Shown piece by piece: positions 40,243-49,245 of a DNA stretch of 64,000 nucleotides. Origin of the DNA: Actinomycetota bacterium (GTDB lineage: Bacteria; Actinomycetota; Actinomycetes; Nanopelagicales; Nanopelagicaceae); assembly GCA_947372165.1 (NCBI GenBank), contig CANBSP010000003.1, positions 31,230 through 95,229 on the forward strand, in the 5' to 3' direction. Both the position numbers and the translations under genes were made by a program. The stretch's first letter is position 1; every line of letters begins with the position of its first letter. The notes below the pieces were generated by a model. The model was not told the origin of the DNA, did no database searches, and saw only the letters and a list, made by a program, of their open reading frames with translations.

Positions 40243-40248
40243 AGAACC

Positions 40249-41163
40249 ATGGATCGTGAGATTGCAGTGAATGAATTTGCGGCGGCGTTACTCTCGATCG
40301 CGACCCCTCTTGCCGCCTTCGATATGCCGTTGCTCGATGCCCACGGTGCAACCCTTGCCGAAGATATCTTCGCGGGCGAACGCCTGGTTCTCAGATCTGG
40401 CTCGCGCATTAGATCTACACAAATTGGACTGGCTGCTTCAATTGGCCTAAACCGCCTACCTACGCGCCCGCATCCTCGGGTGGTCGTGATCTCAGCCGGT
40501 GATGATCTCGTTGAGCCGGGTCAACGGCTGCGTGATCACGAAGATGAGTTTGAGACTAATTCCTGGATGTTGACGACTGCAGTTAAAGAGGCAGGGGCGA
40601 TGGGTTATCGCGTCCACACAATTCCTGAAAATGCCGAGCAATTGAAATTAATTATTGAAGACCAACTTGTTCGTGCTGATTTAATCGTCATCAGCGGCGA
40701 GAGCCACGACGAATCCTTTGACTTGATTACCTCAACTCTCCAAGGACTGGGGGAGATTGAGACTGTCATTCCTCGCCTCTCCGATGCCGGCCGCCACAAC
40801 TTTGGAACCATTGGACCAGATAAGACTCCGGTAATTACTCTTCCAGGTGATCCAATCGCTGCCTACCTATCGGCTGAAATCTTTGTCCGCCCCATGATCC
40901 GCACCATGCTCGGAGCAGCCAATATCCATAGATCTATCGTTCAGGCAAAGCTCACACACGCGGTTGAATCTCGAGTCGGTTACACATCACTCATTCGCGC
41001 TTCGCTTGCATCCGCAAAAGAACTCATGGTGACGGCACTTCCAGAGCAGGATCTGCTCTCCACGCTCTCTGATGCTCAAGGTCTGATCGCTCTGCCAGCA
41101 GATAGCTCTGGTGCAGCCGCTGGCGATATCGTCGATGTCATGGTTCTCGAGCGCAATCAATAA
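40249..41163 (+). CDS. MoeA-like protein, internally shortened and lacking catalytic motifs (Glp / gephyrin-like candidate)
   Basis: The ends align to MoeA (PGDPIAAY ~ PGNPVSA; C-terminal GDIVDVMVLE barrel), but the protein is only 304 aa. The FDNSAMDGYA region is absent and the GGVS loop reads GESHDESFD. Confidence 0.7.
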   Translation: MDREIAVNEFAAALLSIATPLAAFDMPLLDAHGATLAEDIFAGERLVLRSGSRIRSTQIGLAASIGLNRLPTRPHPRVVVISAGDDLVEPGQRLRDHEDEFETNSWMLTTAVKEAGAMGYRVHTIPENAEQLKLIIEDQLVRADLIVISGESHDESFDLITSTLQGLGEIETVIPRLSDAGRHNFGTIGPDKTPVITLPGDPIAAYLSAEIFVRPMIRTMLGAANIHRSIVQAKLTHAVESRVGYTSLIRASLASAKELMVTALPEQDLLSTLSDAQGLIALPADSSGAAAGDIVDVMVLERNQ

Positions 41164-41738
41164 TGTCGCCGATCATTCGCGCCAAGGGATCTGCTGGTGA
41201 AATTACCCTCCGGCCCTTGCGAATGCGCGATCGGTCGGCCTGGGAAGAAGTTCGTAGATCCAATCGAGAGTGGCTTAACCCGTGGGAGGCGACCCGGCCC
41301 GAAGTAGATGGCCAGACCCCGTTGCCCAGTTATTTCTCGATGGTGAGGCAGGCTCGATCGGATGCAAGGTTGCAACGATCCTTTTCACTAGGGATCTGGA
41401 TAAAAGAGGACGGGAAGCCTCGATTTGTAGGGCAAATAACTCTGGGAGGCATCGTCTTCGGTGCTCATCGCGGCGGATATATCGGCTACTGGATCGATAG
41501 TCGGGTCGCAAATAAAGGGATTACCTCATCGGCCGTTATAGCTCTTACCGAATATGGCTTTAGCGAACTCCTTCTCCATCGAATCGAGATCTCGATGCGA
41601 CCAGAGAATGCGGCATCACAACGGGTCGCAGAGAAAGCTGGATATACCTTTGAGGGAGTGCGCCATCGCTTCCTTCATATCGATGGGGATTGGCGCGACC
41701 ACATGGTCTTCGTGAAAGAGAACCCAGAGATTCGGTAA
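41163..41738 (+). CDS. rimJ: GNAT N-acetyltransferase, RimJ/RimL-like
   Basis: GNAT fold motifs (IGYWIDSRVANKGITSSAV, RVAEKAGYTFEG). Its position after moeA-like matches M. tuberculosis Rv0995. Confidence 0.8.
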   Translation: MSPIIRAKGSAGEITLRPLRMRDRSAWEEVRRSNREWLNPWEATRPEVDGQTPLPSYFSMVRQARSDARLQRSFSLGIWIKEDGKPRFVGQITLGGIVFGAHRGGYIGYWIDSRVANKGITSSAVIALTEYGFSELLLHRIEISMRPENAASQRVAEKAGYTFEGVRHRFLHIDGDWRDHMVFVKENPEIR

Positions 41739-41838
41739 CCCTTCCGAGAAATTTGGAGATTTAAGAGAGTCAAGACACTCGCTGACAACTGCCCTAAATC
41801 CACCCAAATTACCCATAGGACAATTACGATTTCATTCC

Positions 41839-42585
41839 ATGGCGTCCAGCATTATCTACCTCATCATCTTGGTGATGTGGGGAGCCTATTTTCTCCCTCG
41901 GTGGATTCATCGCCACGAAGAATCTTCACCTAAGGCTGGCGATCGCTACAAGAGCGCGATCCGCTCAATCTCTGAGAGCAGCACCTCTTCACCATTTGCA
42001 CCTGAATTTATGGATCCGCTACAAAAGCGCAAACTCTTAGCACAGCGTCGAACTATCTTTACAGGATTAACATTCTTAACTTTTGCAAGTTTTGTTGGCG
42101 CATTACTCGGCATGATGTCGTGGACCATTCTCGCAATCCCAGCTTCAGGTTTTGCCATTTATGTCATCGCAGTGCGCAAGCAGCTTGTCACAGCAGAGTT
42201 AAAGGCGCGTCGCCTCTCTACTCTTGAGAAGATCATGACGGCCGAAATCAAACTTGATCCAACCGTTCGCATCTCACTTGGCCACCAAGCGCAACAGAAT
42301 GACCACTGGATTCCACTTGCCGATCGCGAAGATCCGGCTGGAGTCGTTGTGATCCCTAAGGATGAAAAGGGTTGGAATCCAATTACCTTGCCAAAGCCAA
42401 CGTATGCGACGGCGCCAAAGGCAATTACTCCAAAGCGCGTCATTGATCTCACGGTTCCTGGCCAATGGAGCGCCGAGCAAGAGTTGCTTAATCAGCTCAA
42501 TCTGCCACAACGCGAAGAACTCTTCGATCAGACGTTACGCGAAGAGGCAGCAGCACCGCATAACCTTGATTCCGAGGCTATCTAA
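41839..42585 (+). CDS. Membrane protein with an N-terminal TM helix, a second TM pair and a cytoplasmic tail (Rv0996 / GlpR-like by position)
   Basis: N-terminus MASSIIYLIILVMWGAYFLPRWIHRHEE. 248 aa. The gene follows rimJ as in Mycobacterium and Corynebacterium. The assignment is positional. Confidence 0.5.
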   Translation: MASSIIYLIILVMWGAYFLPRWIHRHEESSPKAGDRYKSAIRSISESSTSSPFAPEFMDPLQKRKLLAQRRTIFTGLTFLTFASFVGALLGMMSWTILAIPASGFAIYVIAVRKQLVTAELKARRLSTLEKIMTAEIKLDPTVRISLGHQAQQNDHWIPLADREDPAGVVVIPKDEKGWNPITLPKPTYATAPKAITPKRVIDLTVPGQWSAEQELLNQLNLPQREELFDQTLREEAAAPHNLDSEAI

Positions 42586-42623
42586 ATTTAACTACGATTA
42601 AGTATTTAAAGTAACTCACACTG

Positions 42624-43967
42624 CTAGATCCACGATGGCAGCCACATATGTGAGAGCCAGTTGGAATAAGTGATCACTTCACCAAGATAGAGTGGCGAGA
42701 AGTAGATAAAACAGAGGACTATCAGCGTTAAATAGCCATAAACAATGCGCTCTCGCATCGCTCTCCGGCCCTCATCTTCTAAGAATTTTGCAATCACAAA
42801 GCAGATGATCAGGATGAGGAAAGGCTCAAAGGCGATTGAATAAAACGAGAACATCGTCCGCTTTTGAAAGAGGAACCACGGTAGATAGCCAGCAGCGAGG
42901 CTGAGTAGGAGTAATCCACTCTGCCACTCTCTGCGCGAGATCCAATATCCGAATGTAATCGCAATCGCGATGGCGCCACTCCACCAGAGAAATGGTGTGC
43001 CAAGTGCGAGAATCTCTTGCGAACAACTCGAGCTGCCACATCCCTTTGGCGTTGCATAGAAGAAAGAGGTCGGCCTTCCTTGCATAAGCCAGCTCCAAGG
43101 GTTAGCAGAGTAGGAATGCTTATCAACCAAGTTCTTATGAAAGTTGAAGATCTCAGATTGATAATGCCAGAAACTGGTGAATATATTCTTCGACCAGGTT
43201 CGATCCCATCCCGTTGTGGTGATAAACCATCCCGTCCATGTTAAGAGATATGTGAGAACTGGGATTACTCCGAATTGCGTGGCCCGCTTTGCAAACTTAC
43301 TTCGAAGTGTTGACATGAAGGGGGATGGATTCTCCATCGCTTGCGCGTGCCGGAAATCTACATAGAAAATAAAGCAGAAGTAGGCAAGGAAGTAATAGAG
43401 CCCGCTCCACTTCACCCCTGATGCAAGACCAAGGGCGATGCCAGCCAACCAGTACCGTGCGTGAAGAATGAGGTAGAAGGCCAAGAGCGTAAAGAACATT
43501 AAGAAGATATCGAGCAAAGCAACGCGCGAGTGAACGAGATGGAGACCATCGGCGAGAGTCAAAATCGCAGCCGATGAACTTATGAGTCGATTATTAAAGA
43601 GCTTCTTTGCGACCAGGTAGATCAAGGCGATGGAGAAGGAGCCAATCACAGCCGAGCTCACGCGCCAACCGAATTCATTGAAGCCAAATGCCTTGATTCC
43701 TAGTGCAATGAGCCACTTTCCGACCGGGGGATGGACGATGAAATCTGCCAAGCCCTTTGCATTCACTTCTACGCCGTGGCTAGCGAGGGAGTGGGCATTT
43801 TGCGCGTAATAGACCTCATCAAAGATGTAGCCCTTGGGCTGGCCCAGATGCCAGAGACGAAGTGCCAGGCCAATGAGTGCAAAGGCGATGGCATTGATCG
43901 GGTCAGCCATTCGATGGAGCAACTGCTTTTTGGAACTCTCAAGAGTTGGCTCCGTGGTTGATTCCAT
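42624..43967 (-). CDS. Protein O-mannosyltransferase (PMT / GT39-like)
   Basis: IFDEVYYAQNAHS (DE motif in loop 1) and about 10 TM helices. It is divergent from rsmI, as Rv1002c is from Rv1003. Confidence 0.8.
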   Translation of the reverse strand: MESTTEPTLESSKKQLLHRMADPINAIAFALIGLALRLWHLGQPKGYIFDEVYYAQNAHSLASHGVEVNAKGLADFIVHPPVGKWLIALGIKAFGFNEFGWRVSSAVIGSFSIALIYLVAKKLFNNRLISSSAAILTLADGLHLVHSRVALLDIFLMFFTLLAFYLILHARYWLAGIALGLASGVKWSGLYYFLAYFCFIFYVDFRHAQAMENPSPFMSTLRSKFAKRATQFGVIPVLTYLLTWTGWFITTTGWDRTWSKNIFTSFWHYQSEIFNFHKNLVDKHSYSANPWSWLMQGRPTSFFYATPKGCGSSSCSQEILALGTPFLWWSGAIAIAITFGYWISRREWQSGLLLLSLAAGYLPWFLFQKRTMFSFYSIAFEPFLILIICFVIAKFLEDEGRRAMRERIVYGYLTLIVLCFIYFSPLYLGEVITYSNWLSHMWLPSWI

Positions 43968-43973
43968 AGTGAA

Positions 43974-44006
43974 AGAGTAGGGGGTCTAGCAAAACCCTGA
44001 GAGAAT
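43974..44006. promoter_or_regulatory. Back-to-back -10-like hexamers for divergent PMT and rsmI genes
   Basis: Minus strand: TACTCT (43979-43974), then ttcact, then ATG 43967. Plus strand: TGaGAGAAT (hexamer 44001-44006), then aggcac, then ATG 44013. The intergenic region is 45 bp. Confidence 0.4.
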
Positions 44007-44012
44007 AGGCAC

Positions 44013-44861
44013 ATGTTGATTCTCGCCGCCATCCCTCTTGGTAACCCAGGAGATGCCTCGGATCGGCTGAAAGCTGCGATCACCGAAGTCGACTTCATCG
44101 CCGCCGAGGATTCCCGACGCTTTGGCAGGCTCTGCGCCGAACTCGGTCTTACCTACGAGGCAAAGATCTACTCCTTCTTTGAGGGCAACGAGAATGAACG
44201 GCTTGAGCCACTCTTAGAGATTCTGGCAAGCGGCAAAGATCTCTTGGTCGTCACCGATGCCGGCATGCCCGGAATTAGTGATCCGGGGTATCGCCTCACC
44301 CGGGAAGCGATCGCACGCAATATTCCGATTCGAGTTCTTCCAGGACCAAGCGCTGTGACGACTGCGCTGCTCTACTCAGGTCTGCCGACGGATCGATTCT
44401 GCTTTGAAGGATTCCTTCCGCGAACATCTGGTGCCCGAGTTACAGCACTCGAGAAGGTCCGAGAAGAAGAACGGACGATGATCTTCTTTGAAGCACCACA
44501 TCGACTCGAAGATTCTTTAGTAGATGCCATCACCGTATTTGGTGAAGGTCGCCTGGCTTCGATCTGCCGAGAGATGACGAAGACTTACGAAGAGACCATT
44601 CGTGGCACCTTGCAGGAATTGCTTCAATGGGCGCAAAGTCGGGAGATCTTGGGTGAGATCACTCTTGTTGTCGCAGGCTTCGATGCCGCCTCTCGATCAC
44701 ATTCGGCGAGCGAGCTCGTTGATCTTGTGTTGGCTCGGGAGGGTCAAGGCGAGAGCCGAAAAGAGGCGATCGCGGAAGTTGCGAAGCAGACTGGGTTGGC
44801 CAAGCGCGCGGTCTTTGATGTCATGGTTGCCCATAAAGGCGCCGATAGGATGGGCAAGTGA
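44013..44861 (+). CDS. rsmI: 16S rRNA (cytidine1402-2'-O)-methyltransferase
   Basis: LGNPGDAS, AEDSRR, VTDAGMPGISDPG motifs. Confidence 0.92.
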   Translation: MLILAAIPLGNPGDASDRLKAAITEVDFIAAEDSRRFGRLCAELGLTYEAKIYSFFEGNENERLEPLLEILASGKDLLVVTDAGMPGISDPGYRLTREAIARNIPIRVLPGPSAVTTALLYSGLPTDRFCFEGFLPRTSGARVTALEKVREEERTMIFFEAPHRLEDSLVDAITVFGEGRLASICREMTKTYEETIRGTLQELLQWAQSREILGEITLVVAGFDAASRSHSASELVDLVLAREGQGESRKEAIAEVAKQTGLAKRAVFDVMVAHKGADRMGK

Positions 44862-46414
44862 GCGAGAACTCTTTCTATTTAACGACGCCGATTTACTACG
44901 TCAATGACGCGCCCCATATTGGCCATGCCTACACAACCGTGGCTGGCGACGTCCTGACGCGATGGCACCGCCAACGCGGGGAATCAGTCTGGTTTCTCAC
45001 TGGCACCGATGAACACGGACAGAAGGTTCTCAATACCGCCGAGAAGAACAATGTCGCACCGCAAGAATGGTGTGATCGTCTCGTAGAAGGCGCCTGGAAG
45101 CCAGTATGGAAAGCCCTGAACATTGCTAATGATGATTTCATTCGCACAACTGAGCCACGCCATATGGAACGCGTTCAGCGATTCTTATCTGGACTGAAGG
45201 ATCAAGGCCATATCTATTCCGGCAAGTACGAAGGTCCATATTGCATCGGGTGCGAAGAATTTAAATTACCGGGCGATCTCCTTGATGGCGGTCTCTGCCC
45301 AATCCATTCAAAGCCATGTGACATTCTCAGTGAAGAGAATTGGTTCTTCCGCCTCTCAGCCTTTGTTCCTGCGCTTCTCGAACATTATAAAAATAATCCT
45401 TCGGCATGTGAACCAACATCTGCTCGCAATGAAGTTCTCGCCTTCCTTGAGGGTGATGTGCAAGATCTCTCAATCTCTCGCTCTACCTTTGATTGGGGAA
45501 TTCCTGTTCCATGGGATACCGAGCAAGTTATCTATGTCTGGTTTGATGCCCTCTTAAATTACGCGACTGCAGTTGGACTCGGCGATGAGCCAGGAAGTGC
45601 TGGAGCTGAAAAGTTTGCGAAGACCTGGCCCGCAGATGTTCATCTTGTTGGTAAAGATATCTTGCGCTTCCATGCTGTCATCTGGCCGGCGATGCTGATG
45701 GCTGCTGGGTTGCCATTACCGAAGAAGGTCTTTGCACATGGTTGGCTCCTTGTTGGCGGAGAGAAGATGTCAAAATCTAAACTCACCGGAATTGCACCCG
45801 CAGATATCACCGACCACTTTGGTGTGGATGCCTTCCGTTATTACTTCTTGCGTGCCATCCCATTTGGATCTGACGGTTCTTTCTCATGGGAAGATATGGG
45901 AGCTCGATATACAAGTGAGCTCGCAAATGACTTTGGCAACCTCGCTTCACGCCTGATCGCGATGATTGAAAAGTATTGTGGCGGCGCTATTCCAGCTCTC
46001 GCTCGCGATGCTGGGCTGGAAGCCGCTCTCGCTGAGACTGTAACGAAAGCTGATGCCGCCATGGTGGCACTGGACTTCCAAGGTGGAATCAACGCCATTA
46101 TGGAGTTCTGTAAGCGAGTAAATGGCTATGTCACTGAGCGCGAACCATGGATTGTTGCCAAAGATGAGAGTCGCACTCCCGAACTCCTAGAGATTCTCTA
46201 TAACACCGCCGATGCGATTCGCGCACTCGCAGTTCTGCTCTATCCCGTCATGCCAACAACGTGCGAAACGCTCTGGAATTCACTTGGTATGGATTCGGAG
46301 ATTTCATCACAGAAGATTTCAGAAGTTGCGACCTGGGGTCAGATCAAACCTGGGACACGAGTTACCAAGGGAGCAGTCCTCTTTCCACGCCTTGAAGAGC
46401 CTGCGGCTAAGTAA
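44858..46414 (+). CDS. metG: Methionine--tRNA ligase
   Basis: HIGH box (PHIGHAYT), KMSKS box (KMSKSK), Zn-knuckle cysteines (CIGCEEF...CPIH). Confidence 0.95.
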   Translation: MSENSFYLTTPIYYVNDAPHIGHAYTTVAGDVLTRWHRQRGESVWFLTGTDEHGQKVLNTAEKNNVAPQEWCDRLVEGAWKPVWKALNIANDDFIRTTEPRHMERVQRFLSGLKDQGHIYSGKYEGPYCIGCEEFKLPGDLLDGGLCPIHSKPCDILSEENWFFRLSAFVPALLEHYKNNPSACEPTSARNEVLAFLEGDVQDLSISRSTFDWGIPVPWDTEQVIYVWFDALLNYATAVGLGDEPGSAGAEKFAKTWPADVHLVGKDILRFHAVIWPAMLMAAGLPLPKKVFAHGWLLVGGEKMSKSKLTGIAPADITDHFGVDAFRYYFLRAIPFGSDGSFSWEDMGARYTSELANDFGNLASRLIAMIEKYCGGAIPALARDAGLEAALAETVTKADAAMVALDFQGGINAIMEFCKRVNGYVTEREPWIVAKDESRTPELLEILYNTADAIRALAVLLYPVMPTTCETLWNSLGMDSEISSQKISEVATWGQIKPGTRVTKGAVLFPRLEEPAAK

Positions 46415-46426
46415 GATCGATCTTTG

Positions 46427-47284
46427 ATGGCTGATCGATTTGGGTTAGAGAAGGATCGCCAACTGGCGCCACTTCCTGAAAAACTCAATCGCCCATGTGT
46501 TGATGTTCATGCACATATCGAACTTGTCACCGAGTCCGAACCAGATTCGCCGTTGATTCGGGCAGTCCTCGATCAAGCAGCGAGTGTTGGAATCGATCGA
46601 GTAGTTCAAGTCGGCTATTCGGCAGATCAATCCGAGTGGAGTGTGCGAATGGCGCACGCCTTTCCGGGTCGAGTCCTTGCCGCAGTCGCGCTCCATCCCA
46701 ATGAAGCACCAATCGTGGATGACCTTGAGGCTCACTTGGCACGAATCGAAACGTTAGCGACCGACCCTCGAGTTCGGGGGATTGGTGAGACCGGTTTAGA
46801 TTTCTTCCGAACTGCACCCGAACTTCAAGAGCGGCAGATCTATTCATTCCGTCGCCATATTGCATTGGCGAAGCAGGTCAAGAAGGCGCTCATCATCCAT
46901 GACCGAGATGCCCATCGCGCCGTGCTCGATACCTTGACCACGGAAGGCGCGCCAGAAACCACTATTTTTCACTGTTATTCCGGCGATGCGCAGGTGGCTC
47001 GGGAATGTATCGATAAGGGATACATCCTCTCCTTTGCGGGCACTGTGACCTTCAAAAATGCACCTGCTCTACGGGAAGCGGTAAAGCTTGTCCCGAATGA
47101 TCAACTCTTGGTAGAGACTGATTCACCATTCCTCACTCCCACTCCCCATCGCGGCCTCATGAATACGCCAGCGCAGATTCCATCGATCCTTCGGGTAATC
47201 GCCGATGAGCGCGACCAAGATCTCGATGAGCTCTGTGATGTTATTAGTGCTAATGCTGAGCGACTCTTTGGATCCTTCGCCTAA
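46427..47284 (+). CDS. tatD: TatD family metal-dependent hydrolase
   Basis: CVDVHAHI, GETGLDF and ETDSPFLTP motifs. ATG 46427 is preferred over the TTG at 46424. Confidence 0.88.
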   Translation: MADRFGLEKDRQLAPLPEKLNRPCVDVHAHIELVTESEPDSPLIRAVLDQAASVGIDRVVQVGYSADQSEWSVRMAHAFPGRVLAAVALHPNEAPIVDDLEAHLARIETLATDPRVRGIGETGLDFFRTAPELQERQIYSFRRHIALAKQVKKALIIHDRDAHRAVLDTLTTEGAPETTIFHCYSGDAQVARECIDKGYILSFAGTVTFKNAPALREAVKLVPNDQLLVETDSPFLTPTPHRGLMNTPAQIPSILRVIADERDQDLDELCDVISANAERLFGSFA

Positions 47285-48123
47285 TGTCAGGACTACTCGG
47301 TGCAGCCGAAATTCGTGAGATCGCAGCACGCATTGGCGTCAACCCAACAAAGAAATTGGGTCAGAACTTTGTCGTCGATGCGAACACCTGCCGAAGAATT
47401 GTTAAGAGCGCTGATCTGCGCGAGGGCGATGTCGCGCTTGAAATCGGACCGGGCCTTGGATCGCTCACGCTTGCACTGCTTGAGATAGCCCGAGGGGTTG
47501 TCGTCGTCGAGATTGACGAACGGCTTGCTGCAGAGTTACCTCACACGATTGCTCGTCACGATTTCGAGAGCGATCGATTGACGGTTGTTACGATGGATGC
47601 GATGGTTGTTGATTCACTTCCCATTTCGCCAACTGTCTTGGTGGCGAACCTCCCTTACAATATTTCAGTCCCAGTGCTCCTGCGATTCATGGAGAAGTTC
47701 CCAACTCTGCGATCGGGTGTTGTGATGGTGCAGAGTGAAGTCGCTGATCGACTTGTTGCCTTACCTGGAAGTAAGAACTATGGATCACCATCAGTAAAGG
47801 CGACATGGTGGGCTGATATGTCATCAGCCGGGACCGTCGCGCGCTCGATCTTTTGGCCAGTTCCAAATGTTGACTCATCACTCGTTCGCTTTGTACGGCA
47901 CGAGCCGGCTGGGGATGAGGCACTTCGATTGAAGACCTTTGCAGTGATCGATGCCGCCTTTTCACAACGCCGGAAGATGTTGCGTGGCGCCCTCTCCGAG
48001 CTCTTTGGCAGCAGTGCAGCGGCATCTGATGCAATCGTGGCCGCTGGTGTTGATCCCACTATGCGTGGTGAAGCACTCTTACTTCCTGACTTTATCAAGA
48101 TCGCCCACGGCCTTTCACTATAG
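47284..48123 (+). CDS. rsmA: 16S rRNA (adenine1518/1519-N6)-dimethyltransferase
   Basis: KKLGQNFV, EIGPGLGSLT, ANLPYNIS motifs. 1-nt overlap with the tatD stop. Confidence 0.93.
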   Translation: MSGLLGAAEIREIAARIGVNPTKKLGQNFVVDANTCRRIVKSADLREGDVALEIGPGLGSLTLALLEIARGVVVVEIDERLAAELPHTIARHDFESDRLTVVTMDAMVVDSLPISPTVLVANLPYNISVPVLLRFMEKFPTLRSGVVMVQSEVADRLVALPGSKNYGSPSVKATWWADMSSAGTVARSIFWPVPNVDSSLVRFVRHEPAGDEALRLKTFAVIDAAFSQRRKMLRGALSELFGSSAAASDAIVAAGVDPTMRGEALLLPDFIKIAHGLSL

Positions 48124-48133
48124 AGTTACGACT

Positions 48134-49054
48134 ATGAAGCAGAGTGGCGTGATCATTCGGGTACCTGGAAAGGTAAACCTGAGCCTCTCTGTTGGACCAT
48201 TGGATGAAGATGGCTACCACGAACTCGTAACAGTCTTTCAAGCGATCTCCCTCTTCGATGATGTCACCGTTAAGTTCGGCGTCGAGGGAAGTGGCATCAC
48301 TCTTTCGGCATCTGGTTCAACATCAGCTGGTATTCCACTCGATGAGTCCAACCTTGCCTTCAAAGCAGCGCAGTTAATGGTCAGGAAATATCAACTCGAT
48401 AGTGATATTGAGATTCATTTGGCGAAGGAGATTCCGGTAGCTGGTGGAATGGCTGGTGGAAGCGCCGATGCTGCTGGCGTGATTGTTGGAATCGATGCAC
48501 TGTACGAACTTGGCCTCTCTCGTGATGAGATGCAACGAATTGGTTCAGAACTGGGAAGCGATGTGCCATTTGGAATCGCGGGCGGAACCGCGATTGGTCG
48601 AGGCCGTGGCGATCAATTAACACCAGTGCTCTCGCAAGGTTCCTATCAATGGGTCTTAGCGTTGGCTAACTCAGGACTCTCTACTCCTTCGGTCTATGCC
48701 GAATGTGATCGATTGCGCGAAGGCCTGACTATCTCTCGTCCGACCGCCAACGATGCGCTCTTGCAGGCGCTGCGTGCGGGGGATGCAAAGGAGTTAGGCA
48801 AGACTCTGAGCAATGATTTGCAGAGCGCAGCATGTTCACTTCGTCCAGCGCTCCGACTCGTCCTCGATGTTGGCAGTGACTATGGCGCATTGGGTTGCAT
48901 TGTTTCTGGATCTGGCCCGACCGTCGCCTTTTTAGTCGAAGATGAGGAACGGGCGCTGGATCTCACCGTTGCCTTGAGTTCAAGTGGCGTTGTCGCAGGC
49001 GTCGTCCGAGCAAGTGGCCCGACTCATGGGGCTCGAAGGATCAGCAGCTTTTAA
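48134..49054 (+). CDS. ispE: 4-diphosphocytidyl-2-C-methyl-D-erythritol kinase
   Basis: ORF 47951..49054 trimmed to ATG 48134. PGKVNLSLSVG and IPVAGGMAGGSADAA (GHMP kinase) motifs. Confidence 0.9.
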   Translation: MKQSGVIIRVPGKVNLSLSVGPLDEDGYHELVTVFQAISLFDDVTVKFGVEGSGITLSASGSTSAGIPLDESNLAFKAAQLMVRKYQLDSDIEIHLAKEIPVAGGMAGGSADAAGVIVGIDALYELGLSRDEMQRIGSELGSDVPFGIAGGTAIGRGRGDQLTPVLSQGSYQWVLALANSGLSTPSVYAECDRLREGLTISRPTANDALLQALRAGDAKELGKTLSNDLQSAACSLRPALRLVLDVGSDYGALGCIVSGSGPTVAFLVEDEERALDLTVALSSSGVVAGVVRASGPTHGARRISSF

Positions 49055-49106
49055 AGATCTGGGTCAGGTTTTGGCGTTCTGGCCGCATATAAGGGAGAAT
49101 TCAGGT

Positions 49107-49181
49107 TCCGCCATTGTGTAGTGGCTAGCACATGGGCCTTTGAAGCCCAGGGTCCAGGATCGATACCTGGTGGCGGAGCCA
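49107..49181 (+). tRNA. tRNA-Gln (anticodon TTG), CCA encoded
   Basis: Manual cloverleaf: acceptor tccgcca/tggcgga (U1-A72), D arm gtgt-agtggcta-gcac, anticodon arm tgggc-ctTTGaa-gccca, T arm ccagg-atcgata-cctgg, discriminator G, then CCA. Confidence 0.85.
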
Positions 49182-49245
49182 TTCCGCAGTAAATAGACTT
49201 CCTGTATATCCACGCTAGTTTCACTGATGCAGAGATAGGAGGGCC

